In this document: one piece after another, positions 31,400 through 42,867 of the stretch | Layout: each line of letters opens with the position of its first letter | Numbering within the stretch: position 1 is the first letter of the stretch | Source of the DNA: Waddliaceae bacterium | Lineage (GTDB): Bacteria > Chlamydiota > Chlamydiia > Chlamydiales > SLFE01 | Length of the DNA: 64,000 nt | Reading direction: 5' to 3' | Assembly: GCA_963771045.1 (NCBI GenBank) | Contig: CAVYRW010000004.1 | Span: forward strand, 832,001-896,000 | The notes under the pieces: model-generated | What the model was told of the DNA's origin: nothing | Seen by the model: only the letters and a program-made list of their open reading frames with translations | Database searches by the model: none | Translations under genes and position numbers: made by a program

Positions 31400-32298
31400 A
31401 TGAATAAAGTTAATTCAAGTTTTTGTAATATTAAGCCATAGCGTCCTAGCCTTTTGGTCTTAAAAAATAAATCACTTCAAAGTTGGCTAACCATATTTGA
31501 TGAAAGAGATACCCCGCAGGGAAAATGCAGGGCTTTCAACACCATAGTCAGGCAATTCAATACTTTTGAAGTTCGTACTTCGGAACAATTAAACCCAATT
31601 GTTAAAAGGGCAGAAAAAATTGAAAATTTGAAGAATTTATTGGGACTGGCCAAACGTTTTCCCCAATCCTTTTTAAACTTGAGACTGGTGTTCGTGATGT
31701 TGGAGACTTCATCCCGATATCAGAACTTGTCAAGCACCCTGTTTTTGAATCCGTGGATCTTTCTGACGGCAGCTTGAATAAAGTTTTTGCAAAACGCTAT
31801 TTTCCAATGAGCGCTGCAGCTAAAATGACTTTAGTCGATGCCCTTCTTCTTATTGATCGTCTCGACAAACAAAATCGTCTGGATTGGCAAGACGAAGTGG
31901 TTGTTTCAGAGTTTGCAAACGACCTCAAGCAAGGACACATTTGGCTTCTCCACAGCATAACCGGAAGAAGTGAAGAGCAGTGTAAAAAATTTGCAGATGA
32001 GGGGCCGGTAAATTGGGAAAGGTGCGCCAAGCAGATGATTTTTTGGCTCCAGGCAACAGAAGATGGGTATGTTGGAGCTTTGAAAAAGAAAGAGATTCCA
32101 CAAGGTCTTTATGACCCTCAAACACAGATTTTTATTAGACTAGATGATGCTGACAACTATGATGAACATCAGGGGTTTCGTACAAACGGCGAGCGTGATA
32201 TTGGCTGCTTTAATGGACCCCTTGGTCTTCTTGAGTTTGAAAAACTCTGCTACGTCACCGCTGTCTTTGCTACCGGACTCGATCACAATCATGTTTAA
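31400..32298 (+). pseudogene. fragmented hypothetical gene
   Basis: ATG at 31400 with early stop, then overlapping ORFs 31454-31777 and 31753-32298. Confidence 0.45.
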
Positions 32299-33211
32299 GC
32301 TGCGATTTTGCTGTCTTGATGTCGAGTGAAATTTGGTTTTTCAGCTCTTCGATATTTTTGAATTTTTTCTCTTCCCTGATAAACAGGTGGAAAATGATTT
32401 CCACTTCACGGTCGCTAAGATCCACATTTTGCTCAATGACATGGACTTCTAGCTCAGGATAAGAGGTGCCCTTGACAGTCGGCGCAAAGCCCAGGTTGGC
32501 CACGCTTTCATAAGATGAGCCGCTAATTTTTAGCCAGACTGAATAGACGCCAAGCGGAGGGATGGTAAGTCCGCGGACATTGAAGTTCGCTGTTGAAAAA
32601 CCGATTTGTTTTCCAAGTCCTTTTCCGGGCTGCACGGGAAGCTTAAGGGAATATTTTCTGCCCAGAAGGGCCGCGGCATTGGAAAAGTTGCCCTCTTCAA
32701 TGCAATGTCTGATTTCGCTGCTTGACACAGGCTGACCTCTCACACGCAATTCGTCGAGATATTCGACAGAAAACCCGCGACTTTTTGCAAAGTCTCTGAC
32801 GATCTCCTCATCCCCTTTTCGGTCTTTGCCTAGTGTTGAATCGTGTCCCAGCACCAGAAATTTTAGATTCATTGATTTACCCAGCTTCCCCAGAAATTCT
32901 TGAGCTGTCTGCTTTGAGAACTCCTGTGTAAATTCAAGCAAAATGACGACGTCGATACCCATCTTCTCCAAAAGCTCGAGTTTTTGTTCGGTTGTAGTTA
33001 GAAGAGGGGTAGGGCTTTCGGGTCTTAAAATGGTTGAAGGATGATTGGAAAATGTCATGACAATGGATTCGGCTTGATTATTTGTTGCCACTTCTTTCAA
33101 TCTATGCAAAACACTTTGATGGCCGAGGTGGATACCGTCAAAGTTTCCGATTGTCAGGGCAGCATGCTTATCTTTTTCTGGAAAATCTTCGATCTGTCTA
33201 AAAACATCCAT
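32270..33211 (-). CDS. ribF: riboflavin kinase/FAD synthetase
   Basis: TIGNFDGIHLGHQ, VSSSEIR, GFSTAN, LEVH. Confidence 0.95.
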   Translation of the reverse strand: MDVFRQIEDFPEKDKHAALTIGNFDGIHLGHQSVLHRLKEVATNNQAESIVMTFSNHPSTILRPESPTPLLTTTEQKLELLEKMGIDVVILLEFTQEFSKQTAQEFLGKLGKSMNLKFLVLGHDSTLGKDRKGDEEIVRDFAKSRGFSVEYLDELRVRGQPVSSSEIRHCIEEGNFSNAAALLGRKYSLKLPVQPGKGLGKQIGFSTANFNVRGLTIPPLGVYSVWLKISGSSYESVANLGFAPTVKGTSYPELEVHVIEQNVDLSDREVEIIFHLFIREEKKFKNIEELKNQISLDIKTAKSQLKHDCDRVR

Positions 33212-33252
33212 GTCTCCATCATACTTGAACTGTATAAAATGATAAAGAAACA

Positions 33253-33930
33253 CTACAGTGTTTTTTGAAGGAATTGAGGGGCGTTGTCTGGGTTGAGGTT
33301 TTCGAGGTTGACGCAGTCACCTAGGGAAAAGCGGCCGCTTTGCAGGCGGACAAGAGATGAGAGATGGGCGCCGCAGCCGAGCATTTGGCCGAGATCATAG
33401 GCAATGGAGCGGACATAAGTTCCCTTGCTGCATGAGATTTTTACTTCAAGATTGGGATATTCGTATCCAATAAGCTCGGTTTTTACTTTGACTGCAATTG
33501 GTTTTCTCTCGATGTGATGCCCTTTGCGGGCAAGATCGCAAAGTTTTTGGCCATTGATCTTTTTTGCGGAAAACATCGGAGGCGTTTGCTGGATTTCCCC
33601 CTGAAATTTGGTAAGAGCTTCTTCAATTTCATCAAGAGAGGGGAGGTAGTCGGAGGTAGTGAGAATTTGTCCGTCGCAATCATACGTGTCGGTGACAGCT
33701 CCCAGTCGGATGACTGCTTGGTAAACCTTGTCTTGTTTCAGAAATCGGTCGGAGAGGCGGGTGTAGGTTCTTCCAATTAGCATGACCATAACGCCCGTTG
33801 CGAAAGGGTCAAGCGTTCCCGCGTGTCCAATTTTCTTGACACCCAAAATTTTTCTCAAAACATTGACAAGATAAAATGAGGTTTTTCCAGGAGGTTTGTT
33901 AATGAGGAGGATTCCTTCAGGCTTCATCAT
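33253..33930 (-). CDS. truB: tRNA pseudouridine(55) synthase
   Basis: KIGHAGTLDPFATG, PPMFSAKK, CSKGTYVRS. Confidence 0.96.
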   Translation of the reverse strand: MMKPEGILLINKPPGKTSFYLVNVLRKILGVKKIGHAGTLDPFATGVMVMLIGRTYTRLSDRFLKQDKVYQAVIRLGAVTDTYDCDGQILTTSDYLPSLDEIEEALTKFQGEIQQTPPMFSAKKINGQKLCDLARKGHHIERKPIAVKVKTELIGYEYPNLEVKISCSKGTYVRSIAYDLGQMLGCGAHLSSLVRLQSGRFSLGDCVNLENLNPDNAPQFLQKTL

Positions 33931-34291
33931 GGGGATGTCTTTTTTCTTTTTCTGATTGGACTTCTTTCAAGAGTTCTTCAATACGGGCGTGCTGTTCGGC
34001 GGAGTCGTCTAAAATAAATTTGAGTTCGGGAAAAAATCTCATGACAACCTGTTTTGAGGCGTTTGTTGAAATAAACCCGGAAGCCGATTGCAGTGCGTTC
34101 AATGTCTCTTCTCGTTCTTTGTCATCACCAATGATGCTGATATACACTTTCGCATACCTCAAGTCTTTTGTGATGCTGACGCGAGTCACCGTTGCCAGTT
34201 TCTTCATATGGGGATTCTTTACTTTATTGTGAATGACATCGGAGATGACTTCTTTAAGTAAAGAATTCAGCCTATCGGTTCTTCGTGTCAT
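33917..34291 (-). CDS. rbfA: ribosome-binding factor A
   Basis: [26 protein letters not shown]; downstream of infB. Confidence 0.95.
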   Translation of the reverse strand: MTRRTDRLNSLLKEVISDVIHNKVKNPHMKKLATVTRVSITKDLRYAKVYISIIGDDKEREETLNALQSASGFISTNASKQVVMRFFPELKFILDDSAEQHARIEELLKEVQSEKEKRHPHDEA

Positions 34292-36735
34292 AGATCCTGT
34301 TCCAGGTAGCTGATTTCAAAGGCTTCAAGAATGTCGCCTTCTTGTAAATCGTTAAAGTTTTGCAGGTTGATACCGCACTCCAATCCCTTTTGAACCTCTT
34401 TGACATCTTCTTTAACACGTTTAATTGTCGCATTCGATCCTTTCCAGATCTCTTCGCCGTTTCGAATAACGCGGATGCGGTGATTACGGTTTATCGATCC
34501 TTCGAGAACATAGCAGCCGGCAATGACGCCGAGTTGTGATGAGCGGAATATCTGGCGCACTTCGGCTTTTCCTCTATCATTTTCAACCGGGATCTTATCA
34601 AGGGTTTGGCGCATCATCTCTTTGATATCGTCTATGGCGTGATAGATGATATCGTGAAGTTTGGTCGTCACTCCCAATTGTTTGAGAAGCGGTTCGGCAT
34701 GGCTTTCTATCGCTGTATGGAAGCCTAAAATCGTGGCACCTGAAGCTGAGGCCATTTCGATATCCGATTCAGATATTTCTCCCACATCTCTTGAGATAAT
34801 ATTCAGTTCCACTTTGTCGGATTTTATTTTATAGAGAGCTGTTTCAAGGGCTTCCAATGATCCTTGAACATCGGCGCAAATCATGAGAATGAATATTTTT
34901 TTATCGTTTTTCTGGGCTTCTGCAAGCATATTTTCCAGTGTTGGAATTTTGCGCTGCATCGCCGTTTGCCTCACAGTTTGTTTTCGCGCTTCGGCAATAT
35001 CGCGGGCTCCTTTTTCGCTTTCGACAACGATAAATTCCGAGCCGGCTTCAGGAAGTCCGGAGATACCGGTGATTTCCAAAGGAGTTGCAGGACCGCCTGC
35101 ATTGATATTTTTTCCGTGTTCGTTGTGCATCGTTTTGATGCGCCCCCAATATTGGTCGATGACCACGACATCGCCTTGTTTGAGTGTTCCGTTCTGAACC
35201 AGCACAGTGGCGACGGCCCCTAGTCCTTTGTGCATTTCCGATTCGAGAGTCGTACCTCGGGCCCGGGCTTCAGGATTTGCTTTGAGCTCCATCACTTCGG
35301 CTTGAAGAGCCAGCATTTCAAGAAGGTTGTCGATGCCCTCTCCGGTCATAGCGGAACAGTTGAGGGTGATCGTCTGCCCGCCCCATGCTTCGGGAAGGAG
35401 TTCATGGTCGGCCAGCTGGCGGTAAACTTTTTCGGCATCAAAATTGGGCTTATCGCATTTATTGATGGCCACGACAATAGGGACGCCGGCTTCTTGAGCG
35501 TGGGCAAGAGCTTCTTCGGTCTGCTGCCTGAAGCCTTCATCACCTGCAACGACGAGCACAACGATGTCGGTCACATTGGCCCCGCGAAGGCGCATAGCTG
35601 TGAATGCTTCGTGGCCTGGGGTGTCGAGAATGGCGATTTCCCCTACAGGGGTATGCGCTAAAAATGCCCCTATATGCTGGGTGATGTCACCCGCTTCTCC
35701 GGCGGCAATATCACTTTTGCGTATTTTGTCGATCAAACTCGTTTTCCCGTGGTCCACATGGCCCATGAATGTCACAACAGGAGCTCTTGTTTTCAGCAGC
35801 GACGGATCAGCTTGCTTGATTTCTTCTGCAATCGTTTTATCCGTGATGCGGATGCGTTCTTCCTCGGCAGTGTCGATCTGGATTTCACATGCAAGGTCTT
35901 GGCCTAAAATTTGAATTGTGGTCTCATCTTCCAGCATATCATTGATTGTTACCAAGATGCCGTGCTTAAAAAGCTGTCCGATCAGTTCGGAAGCTTTCCT
36001 TTTCATTTCGGCCGCGAGATTTTTGACTGTAATAGGGATGCGGATTTTAAGATGGCCGGGTCTTACAGTTGTGTCTTCGGCAGTGGTTTTGGCAGATTTT
36101 AGCCGTTTTTTTCTGTGACGGTAGTACTGTTCTTCGCCTGCGCGAAGTCCGGCTCTGTCCCTTGCATCAAACGGTCTTGCCTTCACATCCTTGAATTCGC
36201 GATACTTTGTCCCTTTTGCGCTTTTTTTTCCTTTCTTTTTGAAATCATTATCAGCAGGAGCAGGGCGTGTTTCTTTGGGTTTTTCCTTGGGTTTTGCGGC
36301 AGCCGCAGATGTTTCCGATTTTTGCTGCAGAGATGTTTTAGTAGGAGCCTTTTTTATCTTTTTGGGCAGGATATCGGAAATGTGTTTGCCTGTCGGTCCC
36401 AATTTTTCCTGTTTTTCGTCCTCGGGCTTCTCCTGGATTTCTTTTGCCGTTTCCAAAGGGGCTTTTTCGTTTTTTACTTTCCCTGTTTTTACCGCAGCTT
36501 CTCCCTCTTCGGCGAATACGGATTTGGACCTTGCCTTAATGCGGGGAGCTTCTTCCTTTTCATCAACTTCTTCAACTTTCTCATTTGCCTTTTTAGCAGC
36601 CGTTTCTTTGGGCTCGGAGGCCTTTTTCTTGGAAAGTTTTTCTTTAATGCCCTTAAGGTTAACTGCCTTGGCAATCTGCTTGTTTTGGATGTTGAGTTTC
36701 AACCCTTTTTTTTCTTTTTCGGTTTTCTTAGCCAA
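34288..36735 (-). CDS. infB: translation initiation factor IF-2
   Basis: [20 protein letters not shown]. Confidence 0.97.
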   Translation of the reverse strand: MAKKTEKEKKGLKLNIQNKQIAKAVNLKGIKEKLSKKKASEPKETAAKKANEKVEEVDEKEEAPRIKARSKSVFAEEGEAAVKTGKVKNEKAPLETAKEIQEKPEDEKQEKLGPTGKHISDILPKKIKKAPTKTSLQQKSETSAAAAKPKEKPKETRPAPADNDFKKKGKKSAKGTKYREFKDVKARPFDARDRAGLRAGEEQYYRHRKKRLKSAKTTAEDTTVRPGHLKIRIPITVKNLAAEMKRKASELIGQLFKHGILVTINDMLEDETTIQILGQDLACEIQIDTAEEERIRITDKTIAEEIKQADPSLLKTRAPVVTFMGHVDHGKTSLIDKIRKSDIAAGEAGDITQHIGAFLAHTPVGEIAILDTPGHEAFTAMRLRGANVTDIVVLVVAGDEGFRQQTEEALAHAQEAGVPIVVAINKCDKPNFDAEKVYRQLADHELLPEAWGGQTITLNCSAMTGEGIDNLLEMLALQAEVMELKANPEARARGTTLESEMHKGLGAVATVLVQNGTLKQGDVVVIDQYWGRIKTMHNEHGKNINAGGPATPLEITGISGLPEAGSEFIVVESEKGARDIAEARKQTVRQTAMQRKIPTLENMLAEAQKNDKKIFILMICADVQGSLEALETALYKIKSDKVELNIISRDVGEISESDIEMASASGATILGFHTAIESHAEPLLKQLGVTTKLHDIIYHAIDDIKEMMRQTLDKIPVENDRGKAEVRQIFRSSQLGVIAGCYVLEGSINRNHRIRVIRNGEEIWKGSNATIKRVKEDVKEVQKGLECGINLQNFNDLQEGDILEAFEISYLEQDL

Positions 36736-36764
36736 TGCCTGTACCTTTGGTTTTACAAAGTTTG

Positions 36765-38081
36765 TTATTCAACATCTTCATCTGAAGATGGTTTATCCAG
36801 AAGGTAAAGATAATCCTTCTGAATTTGTTCTAATATTCTGTCTGCAAGCTCAACGCTGATCCCTGAAACCGACGCTAATTTTTCATGGCTGGCCGACAGA
36901 ATAGCTTTTGGAGTGTCAAAGCCTTCCGCAATAAGTTGTTCGAATATGAGTGTGTTTATGACACCTTGTATAGGCTCGATTTTTTTCTCGAGATCGGGGT
37001 GGTCGAGATCGGCGAGCTCCAGTCGTTGAACAGCCATACTTTTATTATAGTCTGTAATACGTTGAACTTCAAGTTCATAACCGATAAGTTTGCCATTTAA
37101 TACTGCGTTCATCCCTCTTTTTCCGATAACAACGGGGTAATCATCGTCGTCAATGACGATTGTGATATGCTTCTCGTCTTCGTTTATGCTGAATTTTCTA
37201 ATCCCTAAAGGGGAAAGAGCGTTCTGAAGAAGTTCGAGGGGATCGAAAGAATAAGGGATTATGTCGACTTTTTCATTATTGAGTTCCCGCACAACATTTT
37301 TGACTCTCAAACCTCTCATGCCGACGCAGGCTCCGACAGGATCGACTTTGGGATCTGTCGATTTTACTGTGAGTTTTGTGCGGTATCCTGCATCTCTGAC
37401 CACTTTGTCGATAATTACGGTTCCGTCATTGATCTCGGGCACTTCCTGAATAAACAACTGTTTGACAAACTCGGGGTCGCTTCGGCTAAGGACAACCTCG
37501 GCACCGCCCGCATCGGTATCGCGGACTTCTTTTAGCAGAGCAAAAACTTTTTCGCCAACGCGGTAATGCTCTGTTCTCGGATATTCTTTTATGGGCATAA
37601 TCCCTTCGACTTTGCCAAGGTCTATGATGAGTTTGCTGCCCGGAATAAAGCGTTTGACGGTTCCGGAAATGAGTTCGTTGATTCTATGGCGGTATTCTTC
37701 GTATATGACATCCCGTTCGGCGCCACGCAGTTTTTGCGTTATCACCTGGCGGGCTTTCTGCGCGGCAATCCTGCCAAAATCCCTGGGTGTGACAACGACG
37801 TCGATAAATTGTCCGATTTGGCATTCAGGGTCGATTTCTCTGGCGTCTTCAAGCGAGATTTGTTGAGCGGAATTCTTTACATCATCGACAATCTCTTTTT
37901 CGCAAAAAACTTCGATATCACCGGTTTTGGAGTTAATGGACACGGTTGCATGCGCTTCGCCTTTGACGCTTTTTTGCGCAGCAACTTGAAGAGATTCTTC
38001 AATTGCCTGTATGACAGTTTCTCGTTTAATACCTTTTTCTCTTTCGAGGTATTCAAAGATTGCAATGAGATCTTTATTCAT
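36765..38081 (-). CDS. nusA: transcription termination factor NusA
   Basis: [29 protein letters not shown]. Confidence 0.97.
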   Translation of the reverse strand: MNKDLIAIFEYLEREKGIKRETVIQAIEESLQVAAQKSVKGEAHATVSINSKTGDIEVFCEKEIVDDVKNSAQQISLEDAREIDPECQIGQFIDVVVTPRDFGRIAAQKARQVITQKLRGAERDVIYEEYRHRINELISGTVKRFIPGSKLIIDLGKVEGIMPIKEYPRTEHYRVGEKVFALLKEVRDTDAGGAEVVLSRSDPEFVKQLFIQEVPEINDGTVIIDKVVRDAGYRTKLTVKSTDPKVDPVGACVGMRGLRVKNVVRELNNEKVDIIPYSFDPLELLQNALSPLGIRKFSINEDEKHITIVIDDDDYPVVIGKRGMNAVLNGKLIGYELEVQRITDYNKSMAVQRLELADLDHPDLEKKIEPIQGVINTLIFEQLIAEGFDTPKAILSASHEKLASVSGISVELADRILEQIQKDYLYLLDKPSSDEDVE

Positions 38082-38167
38082 ATTTTTCCTAAAACCGGCA
38101 TTGTGTTTTGCCGTAATGGTTATTTAAGTTTTTAATTCTCAAGCGAGGCTTTTAGCCTCTGTTTTTT

Positions 38168-38193
38168 AGCGGCCTGAAGGTATTCAGGCCGCT
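38168..38193. other. stable hairpin between rpsA and nusA
   Basis: AGCGGCCTGAA-GGTA-TTCAGGCCGCT; no U-tract on the coding (minus) strand. Confidence 0.6.
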
Positions 38194-38198
38194 GGTAA

Positions 38199-39932
38199 TT
38201 ATTCAGTTTCCTCTACGTCCTCGGCTGACTTTTCGTCTTCAGAAGGTGTTCCTAGGGGAATGTCGTCGCGGTTAACTTGATTTTCCTTAATCATGCATTC
38301 TTTAAGGGAAAGCGCGATTTTTTTATCCTCAGGCTTAATGTCGATGACCTTTGCAGTAATGTCGTCTCCTTTGGAAATGACATCTTCCACTTTTCCGAAG
38401 GCCTGATCGGAAAGTTCGGTCACATGTATGAGTCCTTCAATACCGTTTTCCAGCTCAACAAATGCCCCAAAAGCGGTAATTTTGGAGACCTTGCCTTTAA
38501 CAGTCGAACCGACCGGCATCGTTTTCTTGATATTTTCCCAGGGATTTTCGCTGAGCTGCTTCAGGCCCAAGGTGATTTTCTTATTATCCTTGTCGATCGA
38601 GAGGACAATAGCTTCAACTTCGTCGCCTTTTTTCAAAAGTTCCGAAGGATGAGAGACTTTTTTGATCCAGCTTAGATCCGAAATATGGATCAATCCTTCA
38701 ACGCCCGGCTCAAGTTCAACAAAGGCCCCATAATTTGTCAGGCTTTTAATTTCGACTTTGATGTTGCTTCCGACAGGGTATTTTTCTTCAACATCGTCCC
38801 AAGGATTATGTTCAATTTGCTTAATGCCAAGAGAGATTTTTCCTTCGTCTTTTTGAACGGAGAGGACAATCGCTTCAACTTCATCGCCTTTGTTGACAAT
38901 TTCTGATGGATCAGTGATATTTTTGACCCAAGACATTTCAGAAACATGGATCAATCCTTCGATTCCCGGCTCAATTTCAATAAAAGCGCCATAAGGAAGG
39001 AGATTGACAATTTTTCCTTTGACACGTGTTCCCGGCGGATATTTTTCTTCGATCTCATCCCAAGGATTGGACTCTTTTTGCTTGAGTCCAAGAGCGACGC
39101 GTCCTTTTTCCTTGTCGATATTGAGGATCATCACTTCAAGTCTTGTCGCCAAGCTGAACCATCTCAGAAGGGTGCTTGATCCGCTTCCAGGTCATGTCTG
39201 TGATGTGCAGCAGTCCGTCGATTCCGTCGAGGTCGAGGAAGACACCGAAATCGGTGATGTTTTTCACTATGCCTATGCGGATATCGCCGATTTCGATTTC
39301 TTCAAGAAGTTCGGCTTTTTTAGAAATGCGCTCAGCTTCGAGAAGTTCCCGTCTGGAAACGACGACATTTTTACGTTCGATGTTGATTTTGAGAATTTTG
39401 AATTCGTAGGTTTTTCCGATATATTCGTCGAGGTTTTTAATGCGTTTGTTGTCGATTTGCGAGCCCGGAAGGAAAGCTTCCATGCCGATATCGACCATGA
39501 GGCCGCCTTTGACTTTGCGGAGGACTTTGCCTTTGACGATCGAGCCTTCTTCGCAGTGCTCCAGGATGTATTCCCACTGCCGTTGCCGTTCCGCTTTTTC
39601 CCTTGAGAGGACGATTTGTCCGTTTTCATCTTCGGCGCGGTCGAGGAGACTTCGATTTTTTCTCCGAGAGAGATATCTTCAGGATCGGAAAATTCTTCGA
39701 TGGGAACAATGCCTTCCGATTTTAGGCCGACGTCGATGACAACATGGTCTTTGGTGACTTCGACTATATTTCCTGTCAGAATTGTACCTGGCACCATGGC
39801 CGCCGTTTCGTCGGTTTCGGTTTCTCCTGTCGCGTCAAGTAAGTTTTTAAATTCCTGCGCTTCATCTTCCTCGAAAGCGACGTCATCGACGAGCTTGTTG
39901 TTTTCCCAGGTATATTGTTGATTTGTAGACAT
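38199..39932 (-). CDS. rpsA: 30S ribosomal protein S1, two apparent frameshifts
   Basis: S1 repeats (GAFVELE.GIEGLIH) spread over ORFs 39273-39932, 39136-39498 and 38199-39152. Confidence 0.95.
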
Positions 39933-40062
39933 GTTAAAGGTTTCTCCTTATATTTATTGACTAATAACAAATATGTTAACAGACTGGAGGCAATTATATC
40001 AATAGCACAGCTTGATTTGAGGCCGTTTTGACATAAAAATAGATATTTACAGGGAAAAACAA

Positions 40063-40836
40063 ATGTCGACGATTGTATTGAAGTTTGGAGGCGCGGCGGT
40101 TGCCTCGCCGGAGCATTTTCAAAAAATTGCAGATATTGCCCTGCAAAGGAAGGAATCTCAGGGTAGGCTTGTCATCGTTGTCAGCGCCATGGCCAATATG
40201 ACAAGGCAGCTTGCCGAGCTTGCTCATAAAGTGAATCCCGACCCTCCCCCCAGGGAATATGATATGCTTGTCAGCGTGGGAGAGAGGATCAGCATTTCGC
40301 TGCTTGCTATGGCTTTGGCCGCGAAAGGAGAGCGTGCTGTCAGCTTTACGGGGAGTCAATCGGGAATCATTACTTGCGAGGAGCACTCCAACGCCAGGAT
40401 AGTGGAGGTTAAGCCGCGACGCCTTCAGCCTCTTTTAAACGAGGGAAAGATCGTGATCGTCGCAGGGTTCCAGGGGTGCAGCCGGGGAGGGGAGATTACC
40501 ACTTTGGGGACGAATGGATCGGACATTTCGGCTGTCGCCCTCGCTGCCTCTCTGGGCGCTGTGCGCGTCGAGTTTTTCAAGGATGTAGGAGGCATTTACG
40601 ACAAGGATCCGAAACTGTTTCCCGATGCTGCTCTGATCTCTGAGATAGACTATCGAAAGGCGCTGGAAATTATCCGGAAGGGGGGAAGAATTCTTCACCA
40701 AAGGTGTGTCGAGCTTGCGTGGAAAAACGGTATTCCTCTCTATATATATTCGTTTGAAGATCCCGAAACTGTGGGAACGAAGGTTATGGACTCGGCTCTG
40801 AAGATTTCAGAAGCCCCGCAATTTGAATTTGCCTGA
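40063..40836 (+). CDS. lysC: aspartate kinase, catalytic domain only
   Basis: KFGG, VVSAM, GERIS, VAGFQG, TTLG..GSD, DV.GIY..DP; 257 aa, no ACT domains. Confidence 0.85.
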   Translation: MSTIVLKFGGAAVASPEHFQKIADIALQRKESQGRLVIVVSAMANMTRQLAELAHKVNPDPPPREYDMLVSVGERISISLLAMALAAKGERAVSFTGSQSGIITCEEHSNARIVEVKPRRLQPLLNEGKIVIVAGFQGCSRGGEITTLGTNGSDISAVALAASLGAVRVEFFKDVGGIYDKDPKLFPDAALISEIDYRKALEIIRKGGRILHQRCVELAWKNGIPLYIYSFEDPETVGTKVMDSALKISEAPQFEFA

Positions 40837-40890
40837 AAATCCAGAGCTGGTGTATATCGGTGATGAATTCACATTACTTCAAAATATCGT

Positions 40891-42867
40891 ATGCCTATGA
40901 CTAATGCCGCTGCCTGCCCAAAGATTATTACTGATTTTGATACCGACAAGGACGAGTCTGTCAAAAATCTTTATAGGCAGTTGATTCAAAATATCCTTAA
41001 AGAAATGATTGAGCAGAAGTTTCCCGATGCGATTTCTGAAAACAGAATTGATTATCAGGTGCTTCGCTCACGGCTTTATTCCGTTCTTCCTTTTTTCACC
41101 TATAGCGATTTTAAGGGAGCTCCTTCTACGCTGTCTTTTTATCTTTTGGTTAAATATAGGGCCAATGCTTTCAAATTCTTTTTTGACATGATAAGCAATT
41201 GGCTGGTTCCGGGACATCGCCTTGATGTCACCCTTTTTTATGCCGTTGACTTTCGCATGCCTGAACTTGACGAAGATAAATACACCATTGTCGAGGTGAT
41301 GCTCAAAGTGCATACCGGTTACGAGTACCAGGAAATTATGAGAAACCTTCCGACAATGGAAACCGAGCTTAGGCTGGGGGTCGGATCGTCCTACTATTCA
41401 CGAAGAATCCTCGAAACTAAAGGGCTGGTCGCCGATCAAAAGACGGCTCTTATCCAAGAGCACATTGCCAGCCTTGTCAAACGTCTTCCGGATTATTTTA
41501 ACCATGATGTTTTTACCGAAATGCAGCATGTTCTGGTTCTTTGCCGCGATTCCTTTAAAAGCGAAAGGGAGTGCCGCCACTTAAGCCGGATTATCAGTTT
41601 GAATTATCTTTTTAGAAAATCTCTTAGCGACTCGATAAAGGTCTCTCCGGATAAAAGGCACTTGAGTTTGAAAATCTTTCAAGCCCGTCTTAAACTGAGA
41701 AGGGGGACAAAGCGGGTTTTAGGTTTGCTTGTCGGGGTCAACTTTATGAGCGACAAAGAAATTTTTGAAGACCGGCATTTAATGAAAGCTGTCCATAATT
41801 ATCTTCCTCATGTGCAAATGGTGGAAGGCTCTTTTTTTTCAAGCAGGCGGTCGATGGAGCATATTGGCACGCTCTACATGGAAGTTGAGAAAATCGACGG
41901 ATCGCCGTTTACAAAGGAAGAAATATCCCGTTTGAGGCAAGACCTTCCCGACGACCTTAAAGACCGCATTGAGCATATGATGCATCCTGTTTTCATGCCG
42001 CGCAACGAAGAAGAAATTATGCGGAATATATTAAGCTTGAGTCATCAGATCAAATATATACGCGATATCCCGCAGGTTTTTATAACTTTTGACGAACAAA
42101 CCTACTCCCATCTTTACTTTACCATTATCTATGTCAGGGTATTGGGAAAGAAAGACAGAAAGATCGAAGAGATGTTTAAGGGGGCCGACACTTTTCTGGA
42201 ATATATTCACGATTTTTCAAAAACAGTAGGCTTCATCCGGAAAAAATATCCAAAAGAAGCGACAGTGTTTCGCGTCAAGCTTCCAAAAGACATGTTTTTA
42301 CGAGACGATCACTCGATTGATTTATATAAGGCAAGGCAAGTTGTTGTGGCCGAATTAGAAAGGGTTCTTGGGGGCATTCGCGATTATAACGGTGGGATGA
42401 TTTCCAAGCAGAACGAACTTCTTTGCACAGTGAGATCCCTTCTTGCCGAGGAAGGTGTATACAACGACCTTCTTTTAGAAAACTTCTACTATTCGTTAAC
42501 TCCTGCCTCTATGAGAAGCGTTTTTGAGGCCGGTTCGCTAAAGACATTGTTTTTGCAAATGCTCGATACTTTAGAACATGGATTTTTCCCCGGTGAAAAC
42601 CACGCGATTTCCATTCACCGGGAACTGGATGCCGTGTATGTCATCATCATTGCCGATACTCCCGGAGTGAAAGAAGAGACAGATAAATCGCTCGCTTCTT
42701 TAAACATACCCCAGTCTGAGCTGGGGACTGTTTATGTGAATGCTTCGGATACTTCTTGTCTGGGCTATATCTATACCTGCGACGACCCCTACAAGCAGGA
42801 ACACTTCTGCGGCATAATTCATCACGCCCTTGAACTTTGGACGCAAAACCAGGTTGTCAAAGTATAA
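40891..42867 (+). CDS. hypothetical protein, 658 aa
   Basis: Long uninterrupted ORF 54 bp after lysC on the same strand. Confidence 0.8.
   Translation: MPMTNAAACPKIITDFDTDKDESVKNLYRQLIQNILKEMIEQKFPDAISENRIDYQVLRSRLYSVLPFFTYSDFKGAPSTLSFYLLVKYRANAFKFFFDMISNWLVPGHRLDVTLFYAVDFRMPELDEDKYTIVEVMLKVHTGYEYQEIMRNLPTMETELRLGVGSSYYSRRILETKGLVADQKTALIQEHIASLVKRLPDYFNHDVFTEMQHVLVLCRDSFKSERECRHLSRIISLNYLFRKSLSDSIKVSPDKRHLSLKIFQARLKLRRGTKRVLGLLVGVNFMSDKEIFEDRHLMKAVHNYLPHVQMVEGSFFSSRRSMEHIGTLYMEVEKIDGSPFTKEEISRLRQDLPDDLKDRIEHMMHPVFMPRNEEEIMRNILSLSHQIKYIRDIPQVFITFDEQTYSHLYFTIIYVRVLGKKDRKIEEMFKGADTFLEYIHDFSKTVGFIRKKYPKEATVFRVKLPKDMFLRDDHSIDLYKARQVVVAELERVLGGIRDYNGGMISKQNELLCTVRSLLAEEGVYNDLLLENFYYSLTPASMRSVFEAGSLKTLFLQMLDTLEHGFFPGENHAISIHRELDAVYVIIIADTPGVKEETDKSLASLNIPQSELGTVYVNASDTSCLGYIYTCDDPYKQEHFCGIIHHALELWTQNQVVKV

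Noticed and set aside
36115..36859. Long antisense ORFs over infB, sctV and the LRR gene
   Set aside because: Shadow ORFs arising from biased or repetitive codon usage on the coding strand.
38199..39932. rpsA, ychF, uvrA and copN as pseudogenes or programmed frameshifts
   Set aside because: Single-base indels hit many normally essential or conserved genes while the amino-acid sequence is otherwise intact; sequencing or assembly error is the simpler explanation.
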